From assembly GCA_963666515.2 (NCBI GenBank), contig OY762897.2, positions 3,328,001 to 3,392,000 of the forward strand: a stretch of DNA of 64,000 nucleotides, in the 5' to 3' direction. Position 1 is the stretch's first letter. Each line of letters opens with the position of its first letter. This DNA is from Candidatus Binatia bacterium. Lineage in GTDB: Bacteria > Desulfobacterota > Binatia > UBA9968 > JAJDTQ01. Of this stretch, positions 52,601 to 60,342 are shown piece by piece. The notes beneath the pieces were generated by a model that was given only the letters and a program-made list of their open reading frames with translations, had not been told where the DNA came from and searched no databases. Position numbers and translations under genes: made by a program.

Positions 52601-52950
52601 CGCGCGCCGACCGGATCTCGTTGCTGACCCTCCACGCCGCCAAGGGGCTCGAATTCCCCGTCGTCTTCATCGTGGGATGCGAGGACGGCGTGCTCCCCCT
52701 GACGTGGGGCAAGGCGGATCCGGACGACCTCGCCGAAGAGCGGCGCCTGTTCTACGTCGGCGTCACCCGCGCCATGAGCAAGCTCTACCTGTGCCGCGCC
52801 CGCAAGCGGCTCTGGCGCGGAAAGGTCCGCGAGCTGCCTGCTTCTCCTTTCCTCGCCGACATCGAGCAGCGGCTCCTGGAACGAAGCCGTGCGCGCCCCG
52901 CCGGACCGAGGACACGGGAGCAGAACAGCCAGTTGGACCTGTTCAAGTAG
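49699..52950 (+). CDS. Endonuclease Q (PHP)-UvrD/PcrA helicase fusion
   Basis: ADLHVHSRFSRATS, GTGDFTHP, ETGLSSDP, SNSDAHS, GKYHLDGHRNC, CPACG, GYDG.YG; AGPGSGKT, DEYQD, IGDPDQAIY.FRG, NYRS, TLHAAKGLEF, EERRLFYV. Confidence 0.92.
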   Translation: MTFYADLHVHSRFSRATSRNLDLEHLAVWARKKGIGVVGTGDFTHPAWRAELKEQLVPAEPGLFRLRADLERAVERQLPPACAGGLAAVRFMLSVEISTIYKKGDKTRKIHHLVYCPDFDSADRLVAALSRIGNLHSDGRPILGLDSRHLLEMTLESGPGSYLVPAHVWTPWFAALGSKSGFDAVDDCYGDLAPHIFAVETGLSSDPPMNWRVSSLDRFRLMSNSDAHSPEKLGREVCVFHTEMDYFALRRALETGEGYGGTLEFFPEEGKYHLDGHRNCNVRLEPDETRGLDGRCPACGKPLTVGVMHRVEDLADRAHDEAPPDTAGDTRGLIPLPEILGEIHRVGPKSKRVAQDYEGLLARLGPELQLLNSVPLEDIGPVAPSLVAEAVARLRRREVIREAGYDGVYGTIRLFRDAELERRSRGASLFGEETAGSATAQAAPSGMDSGQEIPRPGVEAPERAARAHEPAADDPAIARREPLDPGSAPAPHPADERRDGGSPGQLSLPADLSPGGRDLLAGLDADQRRAAEIVDGPLLIVAGPGSGKTRTLTRRIAHLVTNHGASPSGCLAVTFTRRAADEMRSRLRELLPDAWADIPLHTFHSLGLDILREHWNAAGLQRGFRVASEAERLRLLRDALGISERQARARQSAISQGKRTGAPSADEKLAQAWEAYRHEMETRNWCDFDDLVIRAADALERDPGVREQVRQRYPWVCIDEYQDVDEQQVRLIRQIVPPDGNICAIGDPDQAIYGFRGADRRFFSEFTEHFPGAHVVRLSRNYRSNSNIVTLSSQVMAVAASAGPSIPVLDDDPDRVTLHEAPSEKAEAEFIVQSLEQALGGHSFFSIDSGRSTEALGHDLSFSDFAVLYRTEAQAAALVEALQRSGMPCQQRSHNPLLDHPGVAALVEALGRAPDTGSVRRRLEAAGMDGEPPEACELLKPLADACGDDLERFLSELALGSQVDTWDPRADRISLLTLHAAKGLEFPVVFIVGCEDGVLPLTWGKADPDDLAEERRLFYVGVTRAMSKLYLCRARKRLWRGKVRELPASPFLADIEQRLLERSRARPAGPRTREQNSQLDLFK

Positions 52951-53079
52951 CTTCGGACCGGCGTGGTGCGGCTGCCGGGAGCCCGACCTGCGCGATGGCT
53001 CTTGACTCTGGCCAAGGGGTTCTGGAAAACTAGGGGTTGTGACCCCGACTGTAAGTCCAACAACGAATGAGGAGACGCC

Positions 53080-53562
53080 ATGCACGCACTCAGAATGGCC
53101 CTTGTGGGCCTCGTTGCCTTGACGCTGGCCCTTGCCGGCTGCTCTGCCAACCCCGGGAAGAAGGAAGCCGTTGGAACGTTGCTGGGCGCCATCGGCGGCG
53201 GGGTCGCCGGTGCGCAAGTAGGCAAGGGGCGCGGAAAACTCGTCGCCACGGGCATCGGCACGCTCCTCGGCGCGGCCATCGGCAACGAGATCGGCAAGTC
53301 CCTGGATCGCGCCGACCGTCTGGCCATGCAGCGCACCAACCAGCAATCGCTGGAAACGGCAAAAACCGGCACCACCAGCACCTGGAAAAACCCCGATTCC
53401 GGCAACCAGGGCACGATCACGCCGAAGAAAACTTACAAGAAGCCGGACGGAACCTACTGCCGTGAGTTCCAGCAGACCGTTACGATCGGCGGCCGTACCG
53501 AGGAAGCCTACGGCACCGCCTGCCGCCAGCCCGACGGGAGCTGGAAGCTCGTCTCGACGTAG
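53080..53562 (+). CDS. 17 kDa surface antigen-like glycine-zipper lipoprotein
   Basis: Lipobox LAGC; glycine zipper; CREF...GTACRQPDGSW. Confidence 0.9.
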   Translation: MHALRMALVGLVALTLALAGCSANPGKKEAVGTLLGAIGGGVAGAQVGKGRGKLVATGIGTLLGAAIGNEIGKSLDRADRLAMQRTNQQSLETAKTGTTSTWKNPDSGNQGTITPKKTYKKPDGTYCREFQQTVTIGGRTEEAYGTACRQPDGSWKLVST

Positions 53563-53565
53563 GCC

Positions 53566-54219
53566 GTGCCGCCCCCCGTTTCGCCCAATATCTACCACAT
53601 CGCGCATGTCGATCGGCTGCCGTCGATAATCACAGACGGCTACCTCTGGTGCGATGAAGAGATGACGCGACGAACCGAGGCCCAAGCCGACGTAGGCACG
53701 GCGATCGGAATGAGCAGCATCAAGCAGAGGCGGTTGACTGAACTCTCGCTCGACAGCCATCCGGGCCTCTACGTGGGGCAGTGTGTGCCCTTCTACTTCT
53801 GCCCGCGTTCGGTCATGCTCTACGTGATCCACCGTGCAAGCCGTGACGAGCTTTCCTATCGTGGTGGGCAAGGTCCCATATTACATCTCGAAGCCGACTT
53901 GCAGGACGCTGTTCACTGGGCTGACTCCAACAAGCGTCGCTGGGCGTTCACGCTGTCGAACGCAGGAGCGTATTACTTCGAGGACCGTGCGGACTTGGCG
54001 CAACTGGTGTTTTCCAGCCGCCAACGCCGCCCGGACTTCTGTATAGAAGCGTTGCGAGCTGACGCCGACGCGCCTGACCAACTCCCAAGGAAACGAGCGC
54101 TCCAATAGGAATTCCGCCTGTTTCGGTTCCTTGCAGTTTTGCCAATATTGAGCGTTGATGGCCGCCCAATCGAGTTCGTCCAGCCGCATCTTGCGATAAT
54201 GCCGGGATGGTACTACTGA
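53566..54219 (+). pseudogene. darT: DarT ssDNA thymidine ADP-ribosyltransferase toxin (DUF4433) disrupted by an internal inversion
   Basis: IYHIAH, CVPFYFCPRSVML, FTLSNA on the + strand; LDW....W..CKE.KQAEFL...FPW on the - strand (54183-54004); terminal PGWYY* again on + ending at 54219. Confidence 0.9.
54004..54183 (-). other. 180-bp inverted segment of darT bounded by CTGG/CCAG
   Basis: Re-inversion gives one uninterrupted 217-aa ORF from 53566 to 54219. Confidence 0.9.
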
Positions 54220-54235
54220 CGGGCGGAAGGTAAAG

Positions 54236-55303
54236 ATGCTCGAATTCAAGACGGGCGACATTCTCGCTGAAGACGCGGACGCCTTGGTGAACACGGTGAA
54301 CTGCGTGGGGGTGATGGGGCGTGGGATCGCGCTCCAGTTCAAGAATGCCTTCCCTGAGAATTTCAAGGCCTACGCCGATGCCTGTAAGCGTCACGAGGTA
54401 GAACCGGGCCGTATGTTCGTGTTCCAGACCGGCCAACTGACCAACCCGCGCTACATCATCAATTTCCCGACCAAGCGCCACTGGCGCGGAAAGAGCCGGA
54501 TGGAAGACATCGACGCAGGGCTGAAGGCGCTACGGGAGGTGATCCGTGAGAATGGCATCCACTCCATTGCCATTCCTCCACTTGGCAGCGGCCTGGGTGG
54601 ACTGAACTGGGGCAATGTGCGCTCCAGGATCGAAGAAGCGTTAAGAGATTTCGAAGACTTGCGCATCGTGGTATTCGAACCCGGCGAGGCGCCGAAGACT
54701 CAACAGATGCCCAAGCACCGGTCGGCGCCTGAGATGACGCCCGGTCGCGCGGCGCTTGTGGGGCTGATGGACCGCTATCTTGGGGGTCTTCTCGACCCGT
54801 CCGTGACCCTGCTCGAAGTCCATAAGTTGATGTATTTCATGAAGATCAGTGGAGAACCCGCTATGGACAAGCTCCGGGTGGTAAAGGGTCTCTACGGTCC
54901 TTACGCGGAGAATCTGACCCATGTGCTTCGTGAGGTTGAGGGATATTTCATCTCGGGTTATCGGGACGGGGGCGACCAGCCTGAAAAGCAGATTGAACTG
55001 GTGCCGGGCGCAGTCGCCGACGCCGACGCATTCCTGGAGAAACATCCCGACACGCGCACCCGATTCGACCGCGTAGCCGATCTGGTCGCAGGCTTCGAGT
55101 CATCTTTTGGCCTCGAGCTTCTGTCGACTGTGCATTGGGTCATCACACAGGAATCTGCCAGCAATCTGGACGACCTGATCTCGCGCGTCTATGGCTGGAA
55201 TGATCGCAAAAAGCAATTCTCGGCTCGCCAGATCGGCTTGGCTGCCGATGTCCTGGCGAAAAAGGGCTGGGTCGAACCTCTCCTCTCCGCTTCTGACTCA
55301 TGA
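54236..55303 (+). CDS. darG: DarG macrodomain antitoxin (DNA ADP-ribosylglycohydrolase)
   Basis: LVNTVNCVGVMGRGIALQFK, IINFPTKRHW, IPPLGSGLGGL, YGPYA, LELLSTVHW. Confidence 0.95.
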   Translation: MLEFKTGDILAEDADALVNTVNCVGVMGRGIALQFKNAFPENFKAYADACKRHEVEPGRMFVFQTGQLTNPRYIINFPTKRHWRGKSRMEDIDAGLKALREVIRENGIHSIAIPPLGSGLGGLNWGNVRSRIEEALRDFEDLRIVVFEPGEAPKTQQMPKHRSAPEMTPGRAALVGLMDRYLGGLLDPSVTLLEVHKLMYFMKISGEPAMDKLRVVKGLYGPYAENLTHVLREVEGYFISGYRDGGDQPEKQIELVPGAVADADAFLEKHPDTRTRFDRVADLVAGFESSFGLELLSTVHWVITQESASNLDDLISRVYGWNDRKKQFSARQIGLAADVLAKKGWVEPLLSASDS

Positions 55304-55374
55304 CCACCGACACCTCCGAACGCCGCCTACGACGGCGTGGGCTGGGCGTTCGGCCCCGCTGATCGGAAGCCCGC

Positions 55375-55890
55375 TTACAGCCCCACCGCCTTCCACACCA
55401 CCCCCTCGTGCAGGGGCGCGCCCATGACGACGATGAAGACGACGTAGACGAACGCCCAGGTGACCGCGGTGATGGAGAGGGTCATGAGCCAGCTCTCGGA
55501 GGAGCGGAGGCGCAGGAACAGGATGAGGAACAGGGGGATGGCCACGAGGTAGCCCAGGAAGTAGATCAGCGCAATCAGCAGCAGCAGCCAGGCGGCGAAG
55601 TTGAGTTCGCGGCGGTAGACGGCGCTGGAGGAGCCGGTCTCCTCGGAGGGTTCGGCGGCGCGGCCGGTATCGATGCCGAAGAGGTCGTATTCCTGCAGGA
55701 AGCTGAAGCGGCGGGCGACCGCGGGAACCATGTCGATCAGAAGCTGGAGCAGGGTGAGCAGCAGCGTGGGGACGGCGATGATGAGCGGCACCAGCCGGGC
55801 CCTCGGCTGGTAGTCCAGGGACAGAACCAGGAAGCCCAGGACCAGGACGAAGACCGCGAGAGTGAAAAGGGTCCTGTCGTTCAGCCTCAC
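55375..55890 (-). CDS. tctB: Tripartite tricarboxylate transporter TctB family protein
   Basis: ARLVP, LGY.VAIPLF, 4-5 TM helices. Confidence 0.75.
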   Translation of the reverse strand: MRLNDRTLFTLAVFVLVLGFLVLSLDYQPRARLVPLIIAVPTLLLTLLQLLIDMVPAVARRFSFLQEYDLFGIDTGRAAEPSEETGSSSAVYRRELNFAAWLLLLIALIYFLGYLVAIPLFLILFLRLRSSESWLMTLSITAVTWAFVYVVFIVVMGAPLHEGVVWKAVGL

Positions 55891-55924
55891 GGGTGCACCT
55901 TACGCCTGACCGAGGCCGCGTCCA

Positions 55925-57385
55925 TCAGGCGTCCCTCTGCTCCAGCCGCAACGACAGGTCGTCCCGCCGGATATGGACCTGCCGGAGTTCCCGAGCGCCC
56001 GCGAGTTGCTTCAGGAGGACCGAGACCGGACGGCGGGCATCGAGAAACTCCCTGGGCGCGCCGGCGGCCAGCATCTCCTTGACGGAATCCGGGCCTGCGA
56101 CGACCCGGATCACCAGTTCCTCGTCCGAGACTCCCGGGCCGCCGAACTTCCGCCTTACTTCATCGAGGGAGGGCTCGGGCCAAGTCCAGCTTTCCCATTC
56201 CCGCGCCCGCGGTCGGCTCAGGATCTTGTCCTTGACCCCCGGGTCCATGAGCCGCGCACCCTCCTCGCCCCAATATCCCAGAGCATACTGAATGCTCTGG
56301 TCGGTGACCTCCTTGTAGCGTTCCCCGGCCATGACGTTGACGGCCGCCTGGGTGCCCACGAACTGGGCCAGCGGCGTCACCATGATGGGATAGCCGTACT
56401 CCTCGCGCACGCGGCCCGCCTCCTCCAGGGTCTCCTCAAGCCTGTCGCCCATGCCCACGGTTTCGAGTTGAAAGCGCAGGTTGGAGATCATGCCGCCGGG
56501 CACCTGGTGCTGGTATTGGGCGTAATCGTATTCACGGGGCGCGCCGAAGGGAAAGTTCTCCTGCCGGGCGACGCGGGTGAAGTGCTCCTCCACCGGCCTC
56601 ACCGCCTCCAGGTCCACCATCGGCGTGAAGCCCAAGGCCTCGGCATTGGCCGCCACGTTGAAGATGGAGGGCTGCGACGAGCCGTTGGCAAGGGGCGGAA
56701 TGGCGGTGTGGAGCGTCTTGACCCCCAGCTTGAGGGCTTCGACGTAGTTGAACGGCGCGAGGCTGTTGTTGCAGTGGGCGTGGAACTCCAGCGGGATGTC
56801 GCCGACGTTGGCCATGACGAGCTGGAGCATCTCCCGGGTGCGGTCGGGCGTCAGCAGCCCGCCCACGTCCTTGAAGCAGATCCGGTAGGGGTGCAGCGCC
56901 GCCAACTCGCGGGTCTTCCGCTCGTAGTACTCGTTGGTGTGCTTGGGCGAGACCGAGTAGATGATGTTGCCCACCACCTCCATGCCCCTGTTTCCCAGAA
57001 ACTCCAGCTCCTTGGCGAGCACGTTGTAGTCGTTCCACGGGTTCGACGAGCGCGTGAGGGTGATGCCGTGGGCGATGACGCATTCCAGCAGGAGGCGGCG
57101 GATGCACGGGGGAATGGGCTCGAAGCCGGAGCCGATGCCGCCGTGATAGCGCAGCCGGGTCCTGGAAAATTGCTTCACCCCCAACCGCACCCAGTCCCAG
57201 GGGTTCTCCTTCAACTCCCGCACCTGCTTGATGATGCTGGCGAAGCCGAAGAATTCCATGGACTCGAAGCCGCAGCGGTCCATCTGTTGGGCGGCGCCGA
57301 GCATGTGGCCGATGCGCATGCGCAAGGCCCACAGGCTCAAATGCCCGTCCCTCAAGGTGGTGTCGACAAAACGTATCTCGCTCAT
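55925..57385 (-). CDS. Pyruvate carboxylase subunit B / oxaloacetate decarboxylase alpha-like carboxyltransferase
   Basis: DTTLRDGH.SLW, FKDVGGLL, HAHC, HQVPGGMISN, GYPIMVTP..Q. Confidence 0.88.
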   Translation of the reverse strand: MSEIRFVDTTLRDGHLSLWALRMRIGHMLGAAQQMDRCGFESMEFFGFASIIKQVRELKENPWDWVRLGVKQFSRTRLRYHGGIGSGFEPIPPCIRRLLLECVIAHGITLTRSSNPWNDYNVLAKELEFLGNRGMEVVGNIIYSVSPKHTNEYYERKTRELAALHPYRICFKDVGGLLTPDRTREMLQLVMANVGDIPLEFHAHCNNSLAPFNYVEALKLGVKTLHTAIPPLANGSSQPSIFNVAANAEALGFTPMVDLEAVRPVEEHFTRVARQENFPFGAPREYDYAQYQHQVPGGMISNLRFQLETVGMGDRLEETLEEAGRVREEYGYPIMVTPLAQFVGTQAAVNVMAGERYKEVTDQSIQYALGYWGEEGARLMDPGVKDKILSRPRAREWESWTWPEPSLDEVRRKFGGPGVSDEELVIRVVAGPDSVKEMLAAGAPREFLDARRPVSVLLKQLAGARELRQVHIRRDDLSLRLEQRDA

Positions 57386-57649
57386 GCCAGTCCGTTCATG
57401 GGTCCTGTCCCGCAGCCGGTCCGTGGGACCGGGCGCCCTGGGGAATCCCGCGACGCTGCTTCATAGTACCGAAGGCCGCCCGTTAAAACCAGTTTCAAAG
57501 GAGGAGGCTTGCAATTTACCGTTGGGTTGCCCAAGCTCAAGGGTGCAGCTTGCATGGCTCTCTTCTCGCACGGCACCGCCCGATCTGCTAGCATGGCGCG
57601 TCACATTAACTCGCAACCAACCCGGCGACCCGTGGAAAAGGAGCTGCCG

Positions 57650-58255
57650 ATGACCGATCAAGTGACCCTGGAGGTCTTCTCGGATTTCGTCTGACCGTGG
57701 TGCTATCTCAGTACCGGGCGTATTGAGAAACTGCGGCAGAATTATGATCTGAACGTTGTCTACACCCAGTTCCCGTTGCATCCCGATACGCCGCCCGAGG
57801 GCAAGGCGCGCAACATGAGCGGCCCGAGCCGGGTGGACGCCATGCTGGAACGCGAGGGCCTGCCTTTTACCGAGCGCAAGTTCAGCTACAACAGCCGCTC
57901 GGCCCAGGAGCTGGCAAAATGGGCGAAACGCGAGGGGCGGGAAGACGCCTTCAACGACGCGGTGTACCGCGCCTATTTCGTGGAGGCGGCGAACATCGCC
58001 GAGCCTGAAGTCCTGCTCCGGCTGGTGGAAGAGGCGGGGCTGCCGGTGGAGGAGGCGCGCGGGGTGTTGTCGGACCGGACCTTCCAGCAGTCCGTCAATG
58101 ACGACTGGCAGCGCTGCTACTCCCTGGGTGTGACGGCCGTTCCCACCTACCTGTCGGAAGGCTTGGCCATCGTCGGCGCCGAGCCCTACGAGCAATTGGA
58201 ACGGCTTGTCACCGAGGCGAGCGCCAAGCGGTCGGCGGAGGCGGCGGACGCCTGA
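57650..58255 (+). CDS. DsbA/FrnE family thiol oxidoreductase, selenocysteine-containing (UGA at 57692-57694)
   Basis: MTDQVTLEVFSDFV-U-PWCYL continues in frame to FPLHPDTP, GVTAVPTY, GAEPYE; AAGGAG RBS. Confidence 0.88.
57695..57736 (+). promoter_or_regulatory. Bacterial SECIS-like hairpin
   Basis: CCGTGG/CTGCGG lower stem, TCTCAGTAC/GTATTGAGA upper stem, G-rich loop CGGGC, directly 3' of the UGA. Confidence 0.75.
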
Positions 58256-58333
58256 CCGCAATCCACGAGCCGCGATCCCACGCACATCGGGATCGGACCT
58301 TGGATTTGCCTTTACGGTCCTTAACTAACTGGA

Positions 58334-58362
58334 TTGACAGGGAAGTCGTTTGTTCGGATATC
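58334..58362 (+). promoter_or_regulatory. Putative sigma70 promoter
   Basis: TTGACA-N17-GATATC upstream of the 2OG oxygenase. Confidence 0.4.
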
Positions 58363-58404
58363 GGCGAGTCGGCCGACAACCACGGCCGGTATCGGAGAGT
58401 GATC

Positions 58405-59319
58405 GTGTCAGGCATACCTCAGGTCGATTTTGAACCGTTCATGAACGGTGGTGCCGCGGCACGCGGGCGCGTGGCCGCCGAGATACGCGCAGCTTGCAGC
58501 GAGTACGGTTTTCTCAACGTCGCCAACCTGCCGTTGCCCGAAGGGTTGCTTCAACGGGTATCGTCCAAGGCCAGGGAGTTCTTCGCCTTGCCCCGGGAGG
58601 TCAAGGAAGCCATCGGGCGGTCCGAGCTGGACGTCATATCGGGCTACGTAGGCATGGCCGTCGAGCACCTCGACACGCGACAACCCGGTGACCTCAAGGA
58701 ATCCTTCAGCCTGAACCAAGCCAGTCTCGCGCTGCTGGACCGTTGGCACATTCCCGTGGCCGGGTTCCGCGAGACGGTCCTGGAACTCCACGAGGCCGGC
58801 GCCCGGGCGTGTGCGACGCTGGTCCAGGCCATGGCCCTCTCCCTGGGCGCGCCCGAGGACTTCTTCGTCGACAAGCACGCCCCCCACGCCAGCACCGTGC
58901 GTTTCTTCCACTACCCGCCGGTGGAACACCGGCCGGACGCCGGTCAACTGCGCGCCGGGAGCCATTCCGACTACGGCACGGTCACGCTCGTTTTCCAGGA
59001 TGCGGTGGAGGGGCTGGAGGCGCTGGTGGACGGTGAATGGCTGACCGTGCCGGCGATACCCGGAACCGTCACGGTCAACGTGGCGGACCTGCTGTCGCGC
59101 TGGACCAACGGCATCTACCGGTCGCCGGAACACCGAGTTGCCTTGCCCGTCGCGGACGTGAAACAGTCCCGGTACTCCACGGTCTTCTTCTACAACCCCA
59201 ACAGCCAAGTCACCGTTCGCTGCATCGACTCCTGTTGCAGCGAACAACGTCCACGGCAGTTCCCGCCCATCGAGGCGGGAGAATTTCTAAGGCAGCGCCG
59301 CACCGCCCAGTACGATTGA
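58405..59319 (+). CDS. Isopenicillin N synthase family 2OG-Fe(II) oxygenase
   Basis: IPQVDF, DLKESF, HSDYG, HRV, RYS; start uncertain (GTG 58399 or 58405). Confidence 0.9.
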   Translation: MSGIPQVDFEPFMNGGAAARGRVAAEIRAACSEYGFLNVANLPLPEGLLQRVSSKAREFFALPREVKEAIGRSELDVISGYVGMAVEHLDTRQPGDLKESFSLNQASLALLDRWHIPVAGFRETVLELHEAGARACATLVQAMALSLGAPEDFFVDKHAPHASTVRFFHYPPVEHRPDAGQLRAGSHSDYGTVTLVFQDAVEGLEALVDGEWLTVPAIPGTVTVNVADLLSRWTNGIYRSPEHRVALPVADVKQSRYSTVFFYNPNSQVTVRCIDSCCSEQRPRQFPPIEAGEFLRQRRTAQYD

Positions 59320-59362
59320 GGGGGATGTCGGCCGGGGGATGGTACTGCCCAGCCTCCCCACA

Positions 59363-59445
59363 CCTGGATTCCGGCTTTCGCCGGAATGACGATTCGAGTG
59401 TCGTCGCCTTTCCGCACGCAGGTCGGAGTTTTGGCACAGCCTGTT
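59363..59445 (-). repeat. Composite palindromic repeat / MITE-like element
   Basis: Reverse complement of the 17550-17620 element. Confidence 0.65.
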
Positions 59446-59477
59446 TCGCGGGATTGCGGAGTGGAGCGCGGGGGTGA

Positions 59478-60305
59478 CTAGCGGGACGCCAAGTTGCGTT
59501 CGAGGAAATCCAGCAGCACCGGCTGCACGGTGAGGTTGGGCTCCTGGTCCACGCGCCTGCGGTCGGGCTCGTTGGGCAGGTAGGTGAACCACGAGTGGCC
59601 GGCGCCCGGCACGAACAGGGTCTCCACCTCGGCCCCGGCGGCGCGGAGCGCGGCGATGAAGCGCTCGGACTGGTTGTGGTGGACGATGGGATCCTGCTCG
59701 CCGTGGATGATGAGGTAGGGCACCCCGGGCGGCACTCCCTGGGCCTCGACTCCCTGGAGCGGGGAGAAGCTGCGGTAGGCGTCCGGGGCCTCGGAGGGCG
59801 TCGTGCCCATGAGCCTGCCCACGGGGTCGTCCTGCCGTTTCTGCGTCACCTCCCACCAGTCCAGCAGATCGTAGATGCCGTAGACTCCCACCACGGCCCG
59901 CAGGTGCGGCCGGACCCAGTCCTCCAGGGCCAGCAGCGCCGCCATGTGCCCGCCGGCCGAGTCGCCCACGAGCCCCAGCCGCGCGGGATCCACGCGTAGA
60001 CCGGACGCCTCTTCCAGCAGCCAGCGCAGCGCCCGCCGGATGTCCTCGTGTACGCCCGGCCACGACGGCGAGACGTTCTTCGACAGCCGGTAGTCCACCG
60101 CCACCAGCGCATAGCCCCGGGCCGCCAGCCACGGCCCCCATTCCTGGTACTGGCGCCGGCTGCCGTGCGCCCAGCCGCCGCCGTGAAAGCACAGCAGCGC
60201 CGGATGCGGCCCCGGACCGACGGGCAGGTACACGTCGTTGCAGAGCGTGCCGTCGGGGCCTCCCCCGTACGGAACGTCGAGCCGGATCTCCACCTGTGCG
60301 CTCAT
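59478..60305 (-). CDS. Alpha/beta hydrolase (HSL/BD-FAE-like esterase)
   Basis: HGGGW, VDYRL, GDSAGG, HGEQD, GAGH. Confidence 0.9.
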   Translation of the reverse strand: MSAQVEIRLDVPYGGGPDGTLCNDVYLPVGPGPHPALLCFHGGGWAHGSRRQYQEWGPWLAARGYALVAVDYRLSKNVSPSWPGVHEDIRRALRWLLEEASGLRVDPARLGLVGDSAGGHMAALLALEDWVRPHLRAVVGVYGIYDLLDWWEVTQKRQDDPVGRLMGTTPSEAPDAYRSFSPLQGVEAQGVPPGVPYLIIHGEQDPIVHHNQSERFIAALRAAGAEVETLFVPGAGHSWFTYLPNEPDRRRVDQEPNLTVQPVLLDFLERNLASR

Positions 60306-60342
60306 CGCGTCGCCTCCTCGGAACTCAGCGTGCCAAACCGGG

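Noticed and set aside
53881-54366. 161-aa minus-strand ORF as an independent gene
   Set aside because: It is a chimera of antisense darG/darT sequence and the inverted darT segment, with no RBS of its own.
57509-57649. Upstream TTG start with AAGGAGG extending the selenoprotein
   Set aside because: The extension has no family resemblance and ATG 57650 has its own RBS; not fully excluded.
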